Assembly: GCF_044704955.1 (NCBI RefSeq)
Contig: NC_091999.1
Location: 29,140,001-29,204,000 of the forward strand
Length of the DNA: 64,000 nucleotides
Source of the DNA: Pristiophorus japonicus
Taxonomy: Eukaryota
Reading direction: 5' to 3'
The notes below the pieces were generated by a model that had not been told where the DNA came from, searched no databases, and saw only the letters and a program-made list of their open reading frames with translations. Shown here piece after piece: positions 27,071 through 39,240 of this stretch (the first letter of the stretch is position 1; the number at the start of each line of letters is the position of its first letter). A program made the translations under genes and the position numbers.

Positions 27071-28691
27071 TCAGATCCCCGGGAACTTGGGTTGATGTGG
27101 TTCTAACGGGGAGTACTCCCGGATCCTGGCCACACCCCATTCGAGGGGATTACTAGCCTTCCACAGCTCTTCTACGCTGGGGTATAGGCTAGTGGGAGGT
27201 GGTTTCTCCGCATCCGCAGACTTGTCGCTATCCGACTTAGTCTCCCTTACCTCCCTCCTTTTTCCCTTCCCTGTTCCCGGGACGCAGCGTTGCTTCCACA
27301 TAGAATACATTGCTCCTGTTGGGATTCCATCAATTTTTTCCTTGGGGACCCCTGCTTTCAGTAAAGCCGTGAACATGTCCCTCCGCAAAATTATTTTTTT
27401 TTCTTTCCTGACCCTATATCTTTCCCAGAGGTCGAACCTTGTCGCTGGTCCTGATCCCCCTCTACATTAGCCGTTCTCGACTCTCCCACACTATCTTCTA
27501 CATCCTCTAACTGTCCTAACAACAGGAAAGCGTCCCCTACCCGCTGCCCTTGGGCTGGTCCCAATAATGCGAGTAGTGCACCCCTCATCATAGGAGGGTC
27601 ACTCTTCATCAGCCTGCTCTGCATTCCTGCCGTAAAGAGCTCCTGGTCTGGCCCCCCATATTGTTGGTGATATATTCCTCCCTGTGTTGCCATGTTGCGC
27701 AATTGTATTGCACCCTCTCCCACAGTACTCCAAGGTTTTACCTCCACTTCCAAATCAACGGAGAGGGATATTTTTGCTGGACCCCTATAATAACCATGTC
27801 CCATAGCGACTTGTTCCCTGGACATTCCGTAGCACTGCTGTGATATAGTGGTCCGTAATCATAGTCCTCAGTTTTGTTAACTCTTCAGGGTTAAATATTA
27901 CGCCTGATGCTCCCTGATCCCAAATCCGGGTTAGCCATTCTGACAATGGTTCCTCGGGTTTTTTGCGAAATCGAGACCCTATTTCTTGTAACTCACTAGT
28001 GGTCAAGTCACGCACCCCTCTAGTGGTTACCAGCTGTTCCCCATCTTGCTGTTTCGCCTTATTTGTCATAAGGGGTCTAGCTTTCGTGCTCGGAGCGTAT
28101 GGGGGAGGATTTTTAGTTTCCTCCCGTTCCCCCCCTCTCCATCTGTCCACTCATATTCTGAGTCAGAGGAGTACCAGATGTCTCCTTCCCAATGAGCCGG
28201 ATCCCAAGTGGGTCCAGCTACCAATGCACGTACCTTTGACCGATCTATCTGCAATTTCCATCGTCTGGCTTTTTAATAATTTTGTACTTTCACCAGATGG
28301 CATATTAAAGTTTCTGATTGTTCATTGAGCTTGTCCACCCGTTATTGTGCAGTGCGGACCGCTTCAGTGAGAGTCGAGTTTTGACTTTCAAAAACTTTAA
28401 CAGCTGTTTTTAACTCTAGGTTTTCTGCCTCACTTTCCTTAAGTTGTTTACACATCGTCCTTAATGCTGTCAACAAAATCCATTCCATTTGTGAGGGGCT
28501 ACTTTTCTCCTGTGGGCTACGGTTCTATCTTTGCTCTGTTCCAATAACTGCATATCCCAATGTTGCGGGGGTGCAAACTGGGCTAGCACATTGGCAAGAG
28601 AGCCAAAACCCTCATCACACGTGCTCCACCCTGGTATTCTATACTTCTCTCCCGCAGGAGGAGACTGCTCCTTGTCTTTTCTCTTAAACAT
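27071..28691 (-). pseudogene. gag: ERV-L-like gag, disrupted
   Basis: ATG at 28691 (MFKRKDKE). ERV-L-type blocks LTTSELQEIGSRFRKKPEEPLSEWLTRIWDQGA and LLKAGVPKEKIDGIPT; late-domain PPPY; several stops and frameshifts. Confidence 0.85.
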
Positions 28692-28720
28692 TTTACCAGA
28701 TCATGTTCGTGACGTCAACA

Positions 28721-29259
28721 TTTTTTGGATCGATAATAATAGACCCAGGTTCGGGATCTGGATGAATGTTTAATAAGAGACAAGACAATTGAAGTAAAGA
28801 TAAAACACCGTTTACTGAGGGAAAATAAACATAATACAGTTTAAGAAGAAAAGAGAAGTATTATAAGATGCAACAAAGCTCATAGCCTTCGGACCATCGG
28901 GAACTCCGCAACGACGGCTGGTCTGGAGCCTTAGGGGTCCCGGCACCACACGCGAATCACGGTCCAAGGTGAAGTTCAAAGAGCTACTGGACAGTTCCAT
29001 TCCTTTATACTATTGAACAAACATGGGTGCATGTGGTTTATGGCCAACTCCAAATCAGTAAGGCCCCAGCTGTTCTTCCACAAAACATGAGACCTCGAGG
29101 CGCCGACCGTCCCATAAACAAGTTGGTGTGTGCATCAAGGTCTCTCTCTCTCTCTCTCTCTCTCTGCATCAACAACATTCCACGAGGCATGAAGCAGAAA
29201 CAAACTGTAAATGTCGAAATATCATAATTAACCCTATGTGATTAACCCTACACAATACA
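28721..29259 (-). repeat. 5' LTR of the class III ERV
   Basis: Direct repeat of 22927-23456, followed on the minus strand by PBS-like TGTTGACGTCACGAACATGATC. Confidence 0.92.
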
Positions 29260-29500
29260 GGGGCCACAAGCCGCACCCCTTGCACACGCTGATTGGTTGG
29301 AAGACTAACCGCCCACCCAGACCTCCAGCTCCACAACTGCTCTCCCTATTGGTCGGGAGCTGCCGTCAATCAGCCAGGCAGTGTGAGCTGAGCATGCGCG
29401 GTGCGTGAGACAGGGGGTCAGAGATGGGTGGAGGGAGGGAGCGATTTAATAAAGGACGTGCATATTTGTACTGCAAAAATGGCCGCCATGCTCCAACCTT
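29260..29500. promoter_or_regulatory. CpG promoter-like module paralogous to the ZNF promoter at ~12.0 kb
   Basis: ATTGGTTGGAAGAC...CCTCCAGC...ATTGGTCGGGAGCTGCCGTCAATCAG matches 12040-12122. NRF1-like GCATGCGCG and YY1-like AAAATGGCCGCC are also present. Confidence 0.55.
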
Positions 29501-29664
29501 TTTCCATGATTGGTTCCTTTGGAAGATAAGCCACAGCCTGAGGTGTCACTCGAATGTGTAACTGAAACCGCCCATCCCAACGTCTCATTTACTTTGCAAA
29601 TTGTAACTTGATCCACTTTGACTTCCTGAAACAACAGAGGCAGAGCTCCCAGAAGACAGCGACT

Positions 29665-30290
29665 GCCAGCCAAAGTGTCTTGCCCCAGTCCCAGTGCATC
29701 CTTCCCCAGTCGAAGTGCCTTACTCCAGTACTAGTATATGCCTCCCCAAGCCAAAGTGCCTTATCCAGTCCCAGTGCATTCCTCCCCCAGCCAAAGTGCC
29801 TTACCCCAGTCCCAGTATATGCCTCCCCAGGCGAAGAACCTTACCCGAATATATGCCTCACCCAACCAAAGTGCCTTACCCCAGTCCCAGTATATGCCTC
29901 CCACAGGCGAAGAGCCTTACCCCAATATATGCCTCCCCCAATCAAAGTGCCTTACCCTAGTCGCAGTGCATGCTTCCCCCAGCCAACGTGCCTTACTCCA
30001 GTCGCAGTGGAAGTTTCCTCCAAACGAAGTGCCTTACCCCAGTCCCGGTGCATGCCTCCCCCAGCCGAAGTGCCTTACCCCAGTCCCAGTGCATGCATCT
30101 CCCAGCCGAAATGCCTTACCTCAGTCTCAGTGCATGCCCCCACCCCAGCTAAAGTGCCTTACCCCAGTCCCAGTGTACGCCTCCCCCAGCCAAAGTGCCT
30201 TACCCCTGTCCCAGTGTACGCCTCCCCAAGCCGAAGTGCCTTACCCCTGTCCCAGTGTACGCCTCCCCAAGCCGAAGTGCCTTACCCAAG
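29665..30290. repeat. ~41-bp minisatellite, ~15 copies
   Basis: Unit CCGAAGTGCCTTACCCCAGTCCCAGTGTACGCCTCCCCAAG, with period 41 at 30193, 30234 and 30275. Confidence 0.9.
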
Positions 30291-30319
30291 TTTTATTTCT
30301 CTGCACCACATGCACAGAA

Positions 30320-30720
30320 TGATTCGGGCCCAGATGGGGCGGGGCTTGTCTCCGGTCAGTCACAAAGTGCAGAACCAATAGTTCCCTGCGTTAATAAACC
30401 CCGGGCGGGACACGCAGCCCAAGCGCGGGCCCAGGCCCGAGAGACAACACTCGGCACCATCCGCTTCACATACACCCGGGCTCGTCCCCAATAACCGAAT
30501 CACAGCCCGGTTCCAGGCCCAGTCAGTGAGCGTCCGGGGCAGCGGGCTCAGCGGCCGTCATCTTGGTCAGGTTTGGGGAGCGGGCTCAGTGGCCGCCATC
30601 TTGGTCAGAGCGGATCTCGCGGCGCATGCGCGGCCCTTTGGGCAGCGATAATGGATGGGCGGGGCTTCAGTCAGTTTGATTGGACACATGTTTGTGACCA
30701 GGTCAGTGGGCCCTGACAGG
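30320..30720 (-). promoter_or_regulatory. CpG-island promoter-like segment
   Basis: YY1-type GCCGCCATCTTGG (~30592) with a variant at ~30554, NRF1-type GCGCATGCGC (~30622), GC boxes and CCAAT boxes. Confidence 0.55.
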
Positions 30721-30756
30721 GAGCCTTGTTGTGCTGACTGTTGTCTGGTGACCCTG

Positions 30757-31282
30757 TGCCAGCCCGGCTCATCCTATTGGGCCAGCCCAAGCTCGGCCTA
30801 TGGGTCCAGCCCGGCTCATCCTATTGGGCCAGCCCGGCTCACCCTATTGGGCCAGCCCGGGCTCACACTATTGGACAGACCCGTCTCACCCTATTGGGCC
30901 AGCGCGGGTTCACACTATTGGGCCAGCATGGCCTCAACCTATGGGGCCAGCATGGGCTAATCCTATAGGGCCAGCACAGACTCATCCTATTGGGCCAGCC
31001 TGGGCTCACCCGATTGAGCAAGCCTGGGCTCGCCATATTGAGCCAGCCCGGGCTCGCCCTATTGGACCAACCCGGCTCACCCTATTGGGCCAGCATGGGT
31101 TCACCCTATTGGGCCAGCATGTGCTCACCCTATTGGACCAGCCCGGGCTCACCCGATTCGGCCAGCTCGGGCTCACCATATTGGATCAGCATGGGCTCTC
31201 CCTATTGGGCCAGCCCGGCTCATCCTATTGGGCCAGCACAGGCTCACCCTTTTGCGCCAGCACAGGCTCACCCTATTGGGGG
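30757..31282. repeat. ~23-24-bp minisatellite of ATTGG/CCAAT-containing units, ~22 copies
   Basis: Unit CCTATTGGGCCAGCCCGGCTCA(C/T). Confidence 0.9.
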
Positions 31283-31819
31283 CCATTCTCCGGGGTTGTG
31301 CTAATTTGGGCGTTTGTGTCAGGTTTCTAACCCGTGCTGTACCTGCCCTGGGAGAGTGAAAGTACTCTGCCGTGTACTGAAGTGTGACAATCTGTGACGG
31401 AATGGAGTCCTGTTTTTTAATAGAACCTGCCATGTGACTGTGACAGACCATAATATTAGAGGAGACTGCATGGTGCACCTGGTCGTTGTGCCGTAATTCC
31501 GCCTCTGGGACCGATACAACAAGGCAGTGGTCGAGGTGTCTTTACTCCGATGGGACATTGGGTGGCGCCGTGGGTCATTCACCAATGGGACTTGGGTTCA
31601 ATCACATCCCAGACAGAACGGGTGAAACATACCTGTCAGGCAAATAAAACACAGTGTGACAGGAAAAATGAAGCGGTGTACAGGAGCCATGGAGAAAATC
31701 CAAGTTACTTCAATTTGTCATTCCAGATTTATTAACAATTTCACAGAAAACAATTTACAGGGAAGTGTAAAAAAGTGAACACAAAGTGAATATAACTGAG
31801 CAATACATTGAGAACCGAA

Positions 31820-32253
31820 TACAGGCGGATTGGGTCTGTACTCTCTGGAGTTTAGAATAATGAGAGGTGATCTGATTGAAACATAAGATTCTGAGGGCGC
31901 TTGACAAGTTAAATGCTGAAGGTTTGTTTCCCGCGGCTGGACACTCCAGGACCAGGGAGCACTCTCTCAGGATAAAGGATCGGCAATTTAAGACGGAGAT
32001 GAGAAGGAATTTCTTCACTCAGAGGGTTTTGAATGTTTGGAATTCCCTACCCCAGACGGCTGTGGATGCTGAGTCTCTAAATATATTCAAGGCTCAAATA
32101 GTTAGATTTTTGGACCCTAGGAGAAGCAAGGGATATGCTATTGGGCGGGAAAGTGGAGTTGAGGTCGATGTTCAGCCGTGATCTTATTGAATGATGGAGC
32201 AGACTCGAGGAGCCATAGGGCCTACTCCTGCTCCTATTTCTTATGTTCTTATG
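31820..32253 (+). mobile_element. CR1 LINE 3' end
   Basis: Encodes GLYSLEFR..RGDLIET..TREHSLRIK..FKTEMRRNFFTQRV and ends in a TTCTTATG tail. Confidence 0.85.
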
Positions 32254-32606
32254 TCGGAGCTGCCAGCTATCTGTACAGTTGTGACAAACATCAGAGCGAG
32301 TGAACAGGGGCTCAGCATAAAGGGAAGGGAACACTTGTGAATAAGAATGAGAAAAGTTATTTATTTACACATGAAATGTACAAAGCACAGTGAAACTCTC
32401 AGATACAGTTACATTACAGCCACAATTATCGCACACATTTCAAACAGAGAGACGGAAATCCCAGTTATATATTTCTCAGCGACTGATTCGGATCTAGTAA
32501 CTGAGACATTTTACTCTGAGAATCACCAAGAGGACATATTTTATTTTTAGTGACAGAGAGATGATAAACAGATGAGGAACATCCACGGCGGCCGAAATTC
32601 AGACCA

Positions 32607-32615
32607 TCACTTGAG
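32607..32615 (-). CDS. IGHM: IgM TM2 exon coding part (L-K-stop)
   Basis: Acceptor CTCTTTTACAG|CTC AAG TGA; candidate AATAAA signals at 32540-32545 and 32360-32365. Confidence 0.8.
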   Translation of the reverse strand, partial: LK

Positions 32616-32755
32616 CTGTAAAAGAGGGATAAAAGAATGAAGCGGAATTTTAGTGGTCCGGGTCATTTATCTCAGGGTTTTTATTAATGAAACATCCAGA
32701 GATTTGTCAAACGGCTTCAGTCAGATGGAAGTGTGAGCGGATTGAATCTTCCCAC

Positions 32756-32883
32756 CTTCACCAGAGTGACGGCAGCGCTGTAGGAAATGCTCAGGAAGAA
32801 CAGGATGATGAATGTGGAAGCTGTTGTCCAGATGTTGCCGCTCTCGTACTCATAGTCTTCATTCCAGATGTGGTCTGAGGAAT
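32756..32883 (-). CDS. IGHM: IgM TM1 exon
   Basis: Acceptor CCCCGTAG and donor GTGGGA. Encodes (D)SSDHIWNEDYEYESGNIWTTASTFIILFFLSISYSAAVTLVK with the conserved antigen-receptor TM (CART) motif. Confidence 0.95.
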
Positions 32884-33569
32884 CTACGGGGATGTAGGGG
32901 AGGAAATATATTCAGATCATTTATTAATCCCGGGTATCATACTATTATTTTATATTCTCTTTTCTTTCCCTTAAGGTATTAGTTTTTTCTTTAATTGGAC
33001 TTTCAATGTATATTTTGTGTTAAGTTAATTACTCTCAGCAATCTCTCACTGTTCCTCACTCCACTGCCGCTCTTCCTTTATGATCCCCCTGTAGTCCGTT
33101 TTGGAAAATATGATAGTTGTTCTTCCATGTCAGAGGCTAATTGATTTTGGATGACTTTGCTACGATCTATCCTTCGGGAATAATACGATGAAACATCGAG
33201 GAAGGTTTACAGCAGGATATCGATTATTTTTCCGCTAGGTTAAGGTAGTTACTTAGTTGGAGGCTGCCAAGGAGTCTATGTAAGAGATCAGTTGTGAGTT
33301 GTACCTTGTTTTTTTATTTGTTACGGCAATGCTCTGAACATAAATAACGTGTCAGTTTGCAACAACTACATTGATCCAGTGTATGTGTAAGGCCAGAATA
33401 GTAAAATGTGATATATTATGGTATCAGGAATTATTTATTCAGGCCAAGCGTTGGATACTTTATCCGTCCAAAAACTGTATCTTAGTTCTACATTCTTCTA
33501 TAGCCTGACGTTTTTGTTTGTGCTCTTTAGTGTCTCTATCACTGTATGACTATCTCTTGTTTTGGATTA

Positions 33570-34900
33570 GTCGGTGTTTGTGTTTCCCTGTGAGGGTGTT
33601 GATCTGTGGGGTTGTGCGTATGTATAGTTGTAAGATTGTGTATGTGTGTGGAAATATTTGTTTATGTTTTGTTTAAGAACGCTTGTGTTTATATGTAAGT
33701 GTGTGTGTTTATATTTAATTGTGAGTGTGCGATTTGGTGTAGGTGAGTGTGTGTACTTTTATGTGTAAACATGTTCATATCTAAGGGTTTGTGTGTGTGT
33801 GTGTATGTGTGTGTGTGTGCGTGTGCAAATGTGTTCATGTGTGTGCTTATGTGTAAGTGTATGTGTATCCTTGTGTATATGTATGTTTATGTGTATGTTT
33901 CCCTGTAAGTGTATGTGTAAGGTTATGTCTAAGCGTTTGTTTATGTTAAGGTGTAAATGTGTGTGTGTGAGTTTTCGTGTAACATTGTGTTTACCTGTAA
34001 GTTTGTGTGTGTGTGTTTTGTGTTAGTTTGTGTTTGGATTTATATGCGTGTTCATGCTTGTGTAAATGTGTTCAGGTGTGTGTTTCCCTGTAAGTGTATG
34101 GCTATGTCGCAGTGTTGTTCATGTTTAGGTGTAAGCGTGTGTGTGTTTATGTGTAACAATGGGTTTGCAGGTAAGTTTATGTGTTTGTGTGTGTGTGTTT
34201 TGTGTCAGTGTGTGTTTTGATTAATGTGTGTGTCTAAGTGCAATTGTGTATGTGCATGTAAGCGATTGTGTGTTTTGTGTAAATGTGTGTTTGGATTGAT
34301 GCGTTTGTTTACGAGTGTGTGTGTGTTTTGTGTACGTGTGTGTGTGGATTGATGTGTGTATTTATGTATGTGTAAGTCTGTTTGTGTGTTTTGTGTAAGT
34401 GTGTGTGTTGATTGATGTGTATTTATGTGTGTGTAAATGTGTTTTGTGTAAATGTGTGTGTGGATTGATGTATGTGTTTATGTGTGTAAAAGTGTGTGTA
34501 AGTTTGTTTTGCAAGTGTGTGTGTATGGATTGATGCGTGTGTCTATGTGTGTGTAAGTGTGTTTTGCGTAAGTTTGTGTGTGGATTGATGTATGTGTTTA
34601 TGTGTGTAGGTGTGTTTTGCGTAAGTATGTGTGTGGATTGAAGTGTGTGTCTATGTGTGTGTAAGTGTGTGTAAGTATCCGTTGTGTAAGTGTGCGTTTA
34701 GATTGCCGTGTATTATTGCTATTGTTCAAAGTTTTAGAGAGTACCAATAACTTGATTTGACAATGATGGTTTTCATGATATTCTAGTTATGTATAATATT
34801 ATGTGCCAGAGTGTTAATGTATGTCTTTATATGTAAGTCTATGTGTGTTTGTGTGTAATTGTGCACTTACACAAAAACACACACACTTAGACAAAATCAT
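33570..34900. repeat. Degenerate (TG)-rich low-complexity tract in the Cmu4-TM1 intron
   Basis: Long TG/TGTA-rich run; the Cys/Val-rich ORFs here are artefacts of it. Confidence 0.85.
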
Positions 34901-35664
34901 CAGCACACTTACATATGAACACAGACAAACTCACCTCCACATGTATTCTCCCTGCTCTGTGTAAGTGTGTCCTGTGTGAGGCACAATGTGACGTCAGCCG
35001 AAGGAATGCAACAATTCAATCGATGGGCCTCAGAAACATCAGGGACACAACTGTGAGAAACCCGCAGAGGATACAATCACCAGTTTAGATATGGCCCATT
35101 GAATTCAGCATGTTAGGTTACAATTAACAGGGACTGTTGCACCCCCAACCCTATTTAAAAATATTACGTGGAATAAATAGTTATATCAGAATATAATACT
35201 CATGTGACAAGTTTAAAATCTTTAGACCATGAGTTAGAATGTGACATTGTACTGATGGCAACTTAGTGCATTTAAAAGAGAGTGGTTCACTGCCCATCTC
35301 CCTGCGGGAGGGGCAGTGGGGGTTACGTGAATTACGTATTTCCCGTTCCCCTCTCGCTGGTGGGTGTGAGAGGTACAGTGAGTTAAAATTACCCTTTACT
35401 CTCTCTCTGCTGAAGTTACTTTCAGGAATCCTGTAATGAGAGAACTTCACCCAGTCTCCAACGCATGGTGTATCTGAGCTGGGAGCGCTGGCTGTACAAG
35501 CCTTGGGAGCGAGACGCGCAAACACCCGACTTCAGATAAACAGCCCTGACATTGGCAAAAATAGGAAACATAGTTAATTGAGCGGCTGTGTGTTTAACTC
35601 ATGATTGGAAAAAAAAGCCATTTATTGTTTTTTATTTAAGAACTGAAATGCAATCGAGAGATTC

Positions 35665-36056
35665 TCATTGACAAGAATTGACGGTGTCCATCAGAACAAG
35701 GGAAATGTTGACGAAACTGGGTTTACCGCTGGATTTATTGACGGTTCTGTTGGTGATCTTCAAGGGGATCGCTTCATGTCCCACCACACAGGAGTAAGAA
35801 GCGCCGCTGGACCACTCCTCGGCTGCAATGGATAGCAGGCTGTACATGAAGAAGGATCTGCTGCCGTTCTCCGCCATCACCTCGGTGTTCTTGTAGTTGC
35901 CCGAATCCACCGGCTTGTCATTGACGGTCCATTTGACGAAGATCTCTCGGGGGGAGAAACCTCTCACTAAGCAGGTGAGGCTGACCAACCTCTGAGCGGA
36001 GACTTCTTCTGCCGAGGGCAGGAGGACAGATACGGCTGGTTCCCGTGGAGCTTTCG
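35665..36056 (-). CDS. IGHM: IgM Cmu4 exon plus secretory tailpiece
   Basis: Acceptor TTTTCTATAG; encodes [43 protein letters not shown]...[33 protein letters not shown]. Internal donor G|GTAAAC at 35727/35726 serves the membrane form. Two AATAAA signals at 35631-35636 and 35621-35626. Confidence 0.97.
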
Positions 36057-36977
36057 CTATAGAAAAGTTACAATAAAGGCCAATGAACTGGACAGTTCCA
36101 GAGACAATGGGGAAACTTTAATTCAATACAGATGGCGGGCTTTGGTCGTGGAAATTTTTAAATTGATAAAATTCGGAATCCCGACCTCAACGCGCCCACT
36201 CCCGGTTGTAATATTATATTTGAGTAAAATATTTAAATGAGACTGGAATCTTCTATTTTAACCACCATTTGGTGTTTAACTGTCGCTGGTCCGGTTTGAC
36301 ACACTGTGTAAATCCCTGCAGTTATAGCGAGGCGGGGACCGCTGCACCCAGGTGGCAATTGCCCTTACCTCTACCCCCTGGATCCAGGGTCCCTGCCTAA
36401 CCCAGCCCCCGCGATCTGAAACCTCCTCACTCGGCTTCCAATCTTCCCGTTCTCCCGTTTGGACTGTGAGACCACCGCGCCCACAACTCGCCTTCCTCAT
36501 TTAAATTCTTCCAATTTCAGGTGGTTAGATGTGAGAGAAATGGACACTCCATTAAATTTTAACGCTTTTCCTTTTCCCCTCTGGGGCCTCTCTGGTGTTC
36601 CATCCCGCAGCAGAGGGAACACAATCCTTCTCTCTGAAATCTTGAAGGATTGGTCTGGAAAATTACATAGAATTTACTGCACAGAATGAGGAGATTTGGC
36701 CAACTGGTCTATGCCGGTGTGTATGTTCCACATCAGCCTCCTCTTAGCTCACTTAATCTAATCCTAATAACATACCCTTCTATTCCTTTCTCGCTCATGG
36801 ACTTATCCAGTTTCCCCTAAAATACATAATGTCAGGTCCCAGAGTGCTGAGTTCGTGGAATTACCAAACTGAATGATCAGAGTAGCCCATTAAACACTTT
36901 ATATAATGAATTGGCCCTTGAACATGCACTGGAAATAATCACAGTATCTCACTTATTGCAACAATCTCCCCGCTCAC

Positions 36978-37286
36978 CCTTTTCCTTGTGAATGGAATCT
37001 CTGATAGGAGTCGGCATATCCTGATGGCTCACCACGCAATAGAACTTATCCCCACTCAGCCAGTCTTGTGTCGAGATGTTTAAGTTGCTGATCACACTGT
37101 TGGGATCCTCTCCAGGTTGGACAGCAATCTCTGATTTCAAAGCCTCCTTTTCTCGGGTCCAGGACACGGTGAGTCCATAAGGAGCGTCAGACACGATGCA
37201 GGTTAAGGTCACCGTCGCCTCCAGTAAGACCTGTTCCAGTGACGGTGGGCGAAGAGTGATTTTTGAATCGCTGCATGGGACATCCA
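36978..37286 (-). CDS. IGHM: IgM Cmu3 exon
   Basis: Acceptor ATTTCGCAG and donor GTGAGC; encodes [43 protein letters not shown]...[22 protein letters not shown]. Confidence 0.97.
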
Positions 37287-38679
37287 CTGCGAAATAGGAA
37301 TGAAAGTCAGGAAAATCTGCAGCTTCAGAATCAGGGCACCAATATTTAGCCTTAACTCTTTCAAGGGGGATATATCACTTTTGAGATATCAACCTCTCGC
37401 TGTTGCTTTAAGACCGGCGGTATTGGAAGGACAATGAATTGGCAACGATTCCAGGAGATCTGTAACATTTCTTGTGTATTTGCAGCCAGAGCCACCTGTA
37501 ATGGGCTGTGAAGCAAATACCCGGCGTAAAATGGGAATACATTGGGGCGCAATTGTGTTAGGCATTGAATAGTGCTCTTCCTGAAATCCCTTGCTCCTTT
37601 AAGCCCGTCTGTAGATCCTTGCACCCAAATTCATCTCCGCTGGTTATAATAGCTGAAGCCCGAATAGCCCGAAGTTCAAGAGATTTACACCAGCATTATA
37701 CTGGTTCAAATCCAGTGTCAAATTAATTTCAGGATTTATGCGACACAGGAAACAAAGTTAAGTTTCTGGTCTCTTGTTGCAGTGAAAATGTGCAGGAACC
37801 AGTCACAGCCCCCGTCAGATGAGTCGTGCAAGGTCGGGAGAATGGAGTTCCAAGGGGTCTTTGTGGTGGGGCATCATTTGTAATGATGTGAGGTAGTTTG
37901 TTAACTTCTGTAATTACTGAACATTTATCATGTCTGGTGAGAGAGACTCAGAGTGAAATATGACCTCAGGGCATTAATAGCAACATAGGAACAGGAGGTG
38001 GCCATTCAGTCCATCCATCCTGTCCCGCCAACCAGTTAGATCATGGCTGATCAACAATCAACACCATCTTCACGCCTTGGTTACGTAACCCTTGATAACC
38101 TTGCCTAACAAAAATCTATCAATCTCAATTTTCAACTTTTCAATTGAAAGCAAGCTTCATCAGCTTTTGGGGAGGGAAATCCCGACTTGCACTATTCTTC
38201 CTGTGAAAACATCCTTTGTAACATCACCTCTGCACGGCCTAACTCTAATGTTAAGTTTCTGCTACTTGTTCTGGACTCTCCCATCAAACTAAATAAATGT
38301 TTCTATATCTACTCGATCAATTCCATTTATCAACTTAAACACCTCAATTGGATCATCTCTTAACGTTCTATACTCGTCTCCTGCTCATTTTACATTATTA
38401 GCCACGGTTTAATTCGGGTAAACCTGCAGTTTAGCGCCTCCATGTATATCCTTCCTGAGGTGCGGAGCCGAGAATTGGGCTCAGTGCTCTGAATAGGGTA
38501 GATGCCCATTCTAGCAGGATTCCTGGACAGTTGGCAGGAAAGGGTTCCAGACTCCTACTGCCACTCCGTATATGACCAGCCAACTCAGGATAAACCTGTG
38601 ACTAAGGACATTTCACTCACTGCCTGACATCAGAGCAAGAGGAAAGCTTCTTCGGCGAGGTTAATAAATCCTGATCAAT

Positions 38680-39095
38680 GAGGAATCCTGAACCAGAAGA
38701 TCCTGGATTGAATTCCCACTCCAGATACTTGATCACAAAATGTAAGCTGAGTCTCCCAGTGCAGCACTGGGGGCATGGCACACGATCGGAGGTGCCGTCT
38801 GTCAGATCAGCTGTTAAACCGAGGATCCGTCTGTCCTCTCAGGTGGAGGTAAAAGATACCCTGGCATTACTTCAATGAAAAGCAGAGGAGTTCTCCCTGG
38901 TGGCATGGGAATATTTATCCGTCAAAAAATATCACTCAAAAAAAAATGGTCATTATCACACTGCTGTTTGTGGGAGCTTGCTGTGCACTAAATGACTGCT
39001 TACTTTGTAAATTACAACTGTGACCACATTTCACAACTTAATTCATTGGCTGACAAGCGCTTTGGTTCAGTCTGTGGTCGCTGAAAGCGCTGTAT
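38680..39095 (+). mobile_element. DeuSINE-like SINE in the Cmu2-Cmu3 intron
   Basis: Reverse-orientation homologue of 12695-13125. Confidence 0.7.
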
Positions 39096-39240
39096 AAAGG
39101 CAAGTTTGTATCGCAAGAATACACAAACTGCATGATTGGAAATTAGGAACAGTCCTCTGCTTTTTACTAATTCCAATAAAAGTCATGACTGAGGTCAGCG
39201 CTCAGAATGGTCTGGAACCTCCCGGGATTGTGCCTCTTAC

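Larger units (their letters stand above)
22927..29259 (-). mobile_element. Class III (ERV-L/ERV-S-like) endogenous retrovirus, near full length and defective
   Basis: Two ~530-bp LTRs enclose gag, pro, RT (YIDD), RNase H, integrase and a short env-like ORF. No dUTPase and no gag CCHC knuckle seen. Confidence 0.93.

Noticed and set aside
29608-31330. Repetitive ORFs (PKCLTPVPVYAS; SPYWASPG)
   Set aside because: Translations of the 41-bp and 23-bp minisatellites.
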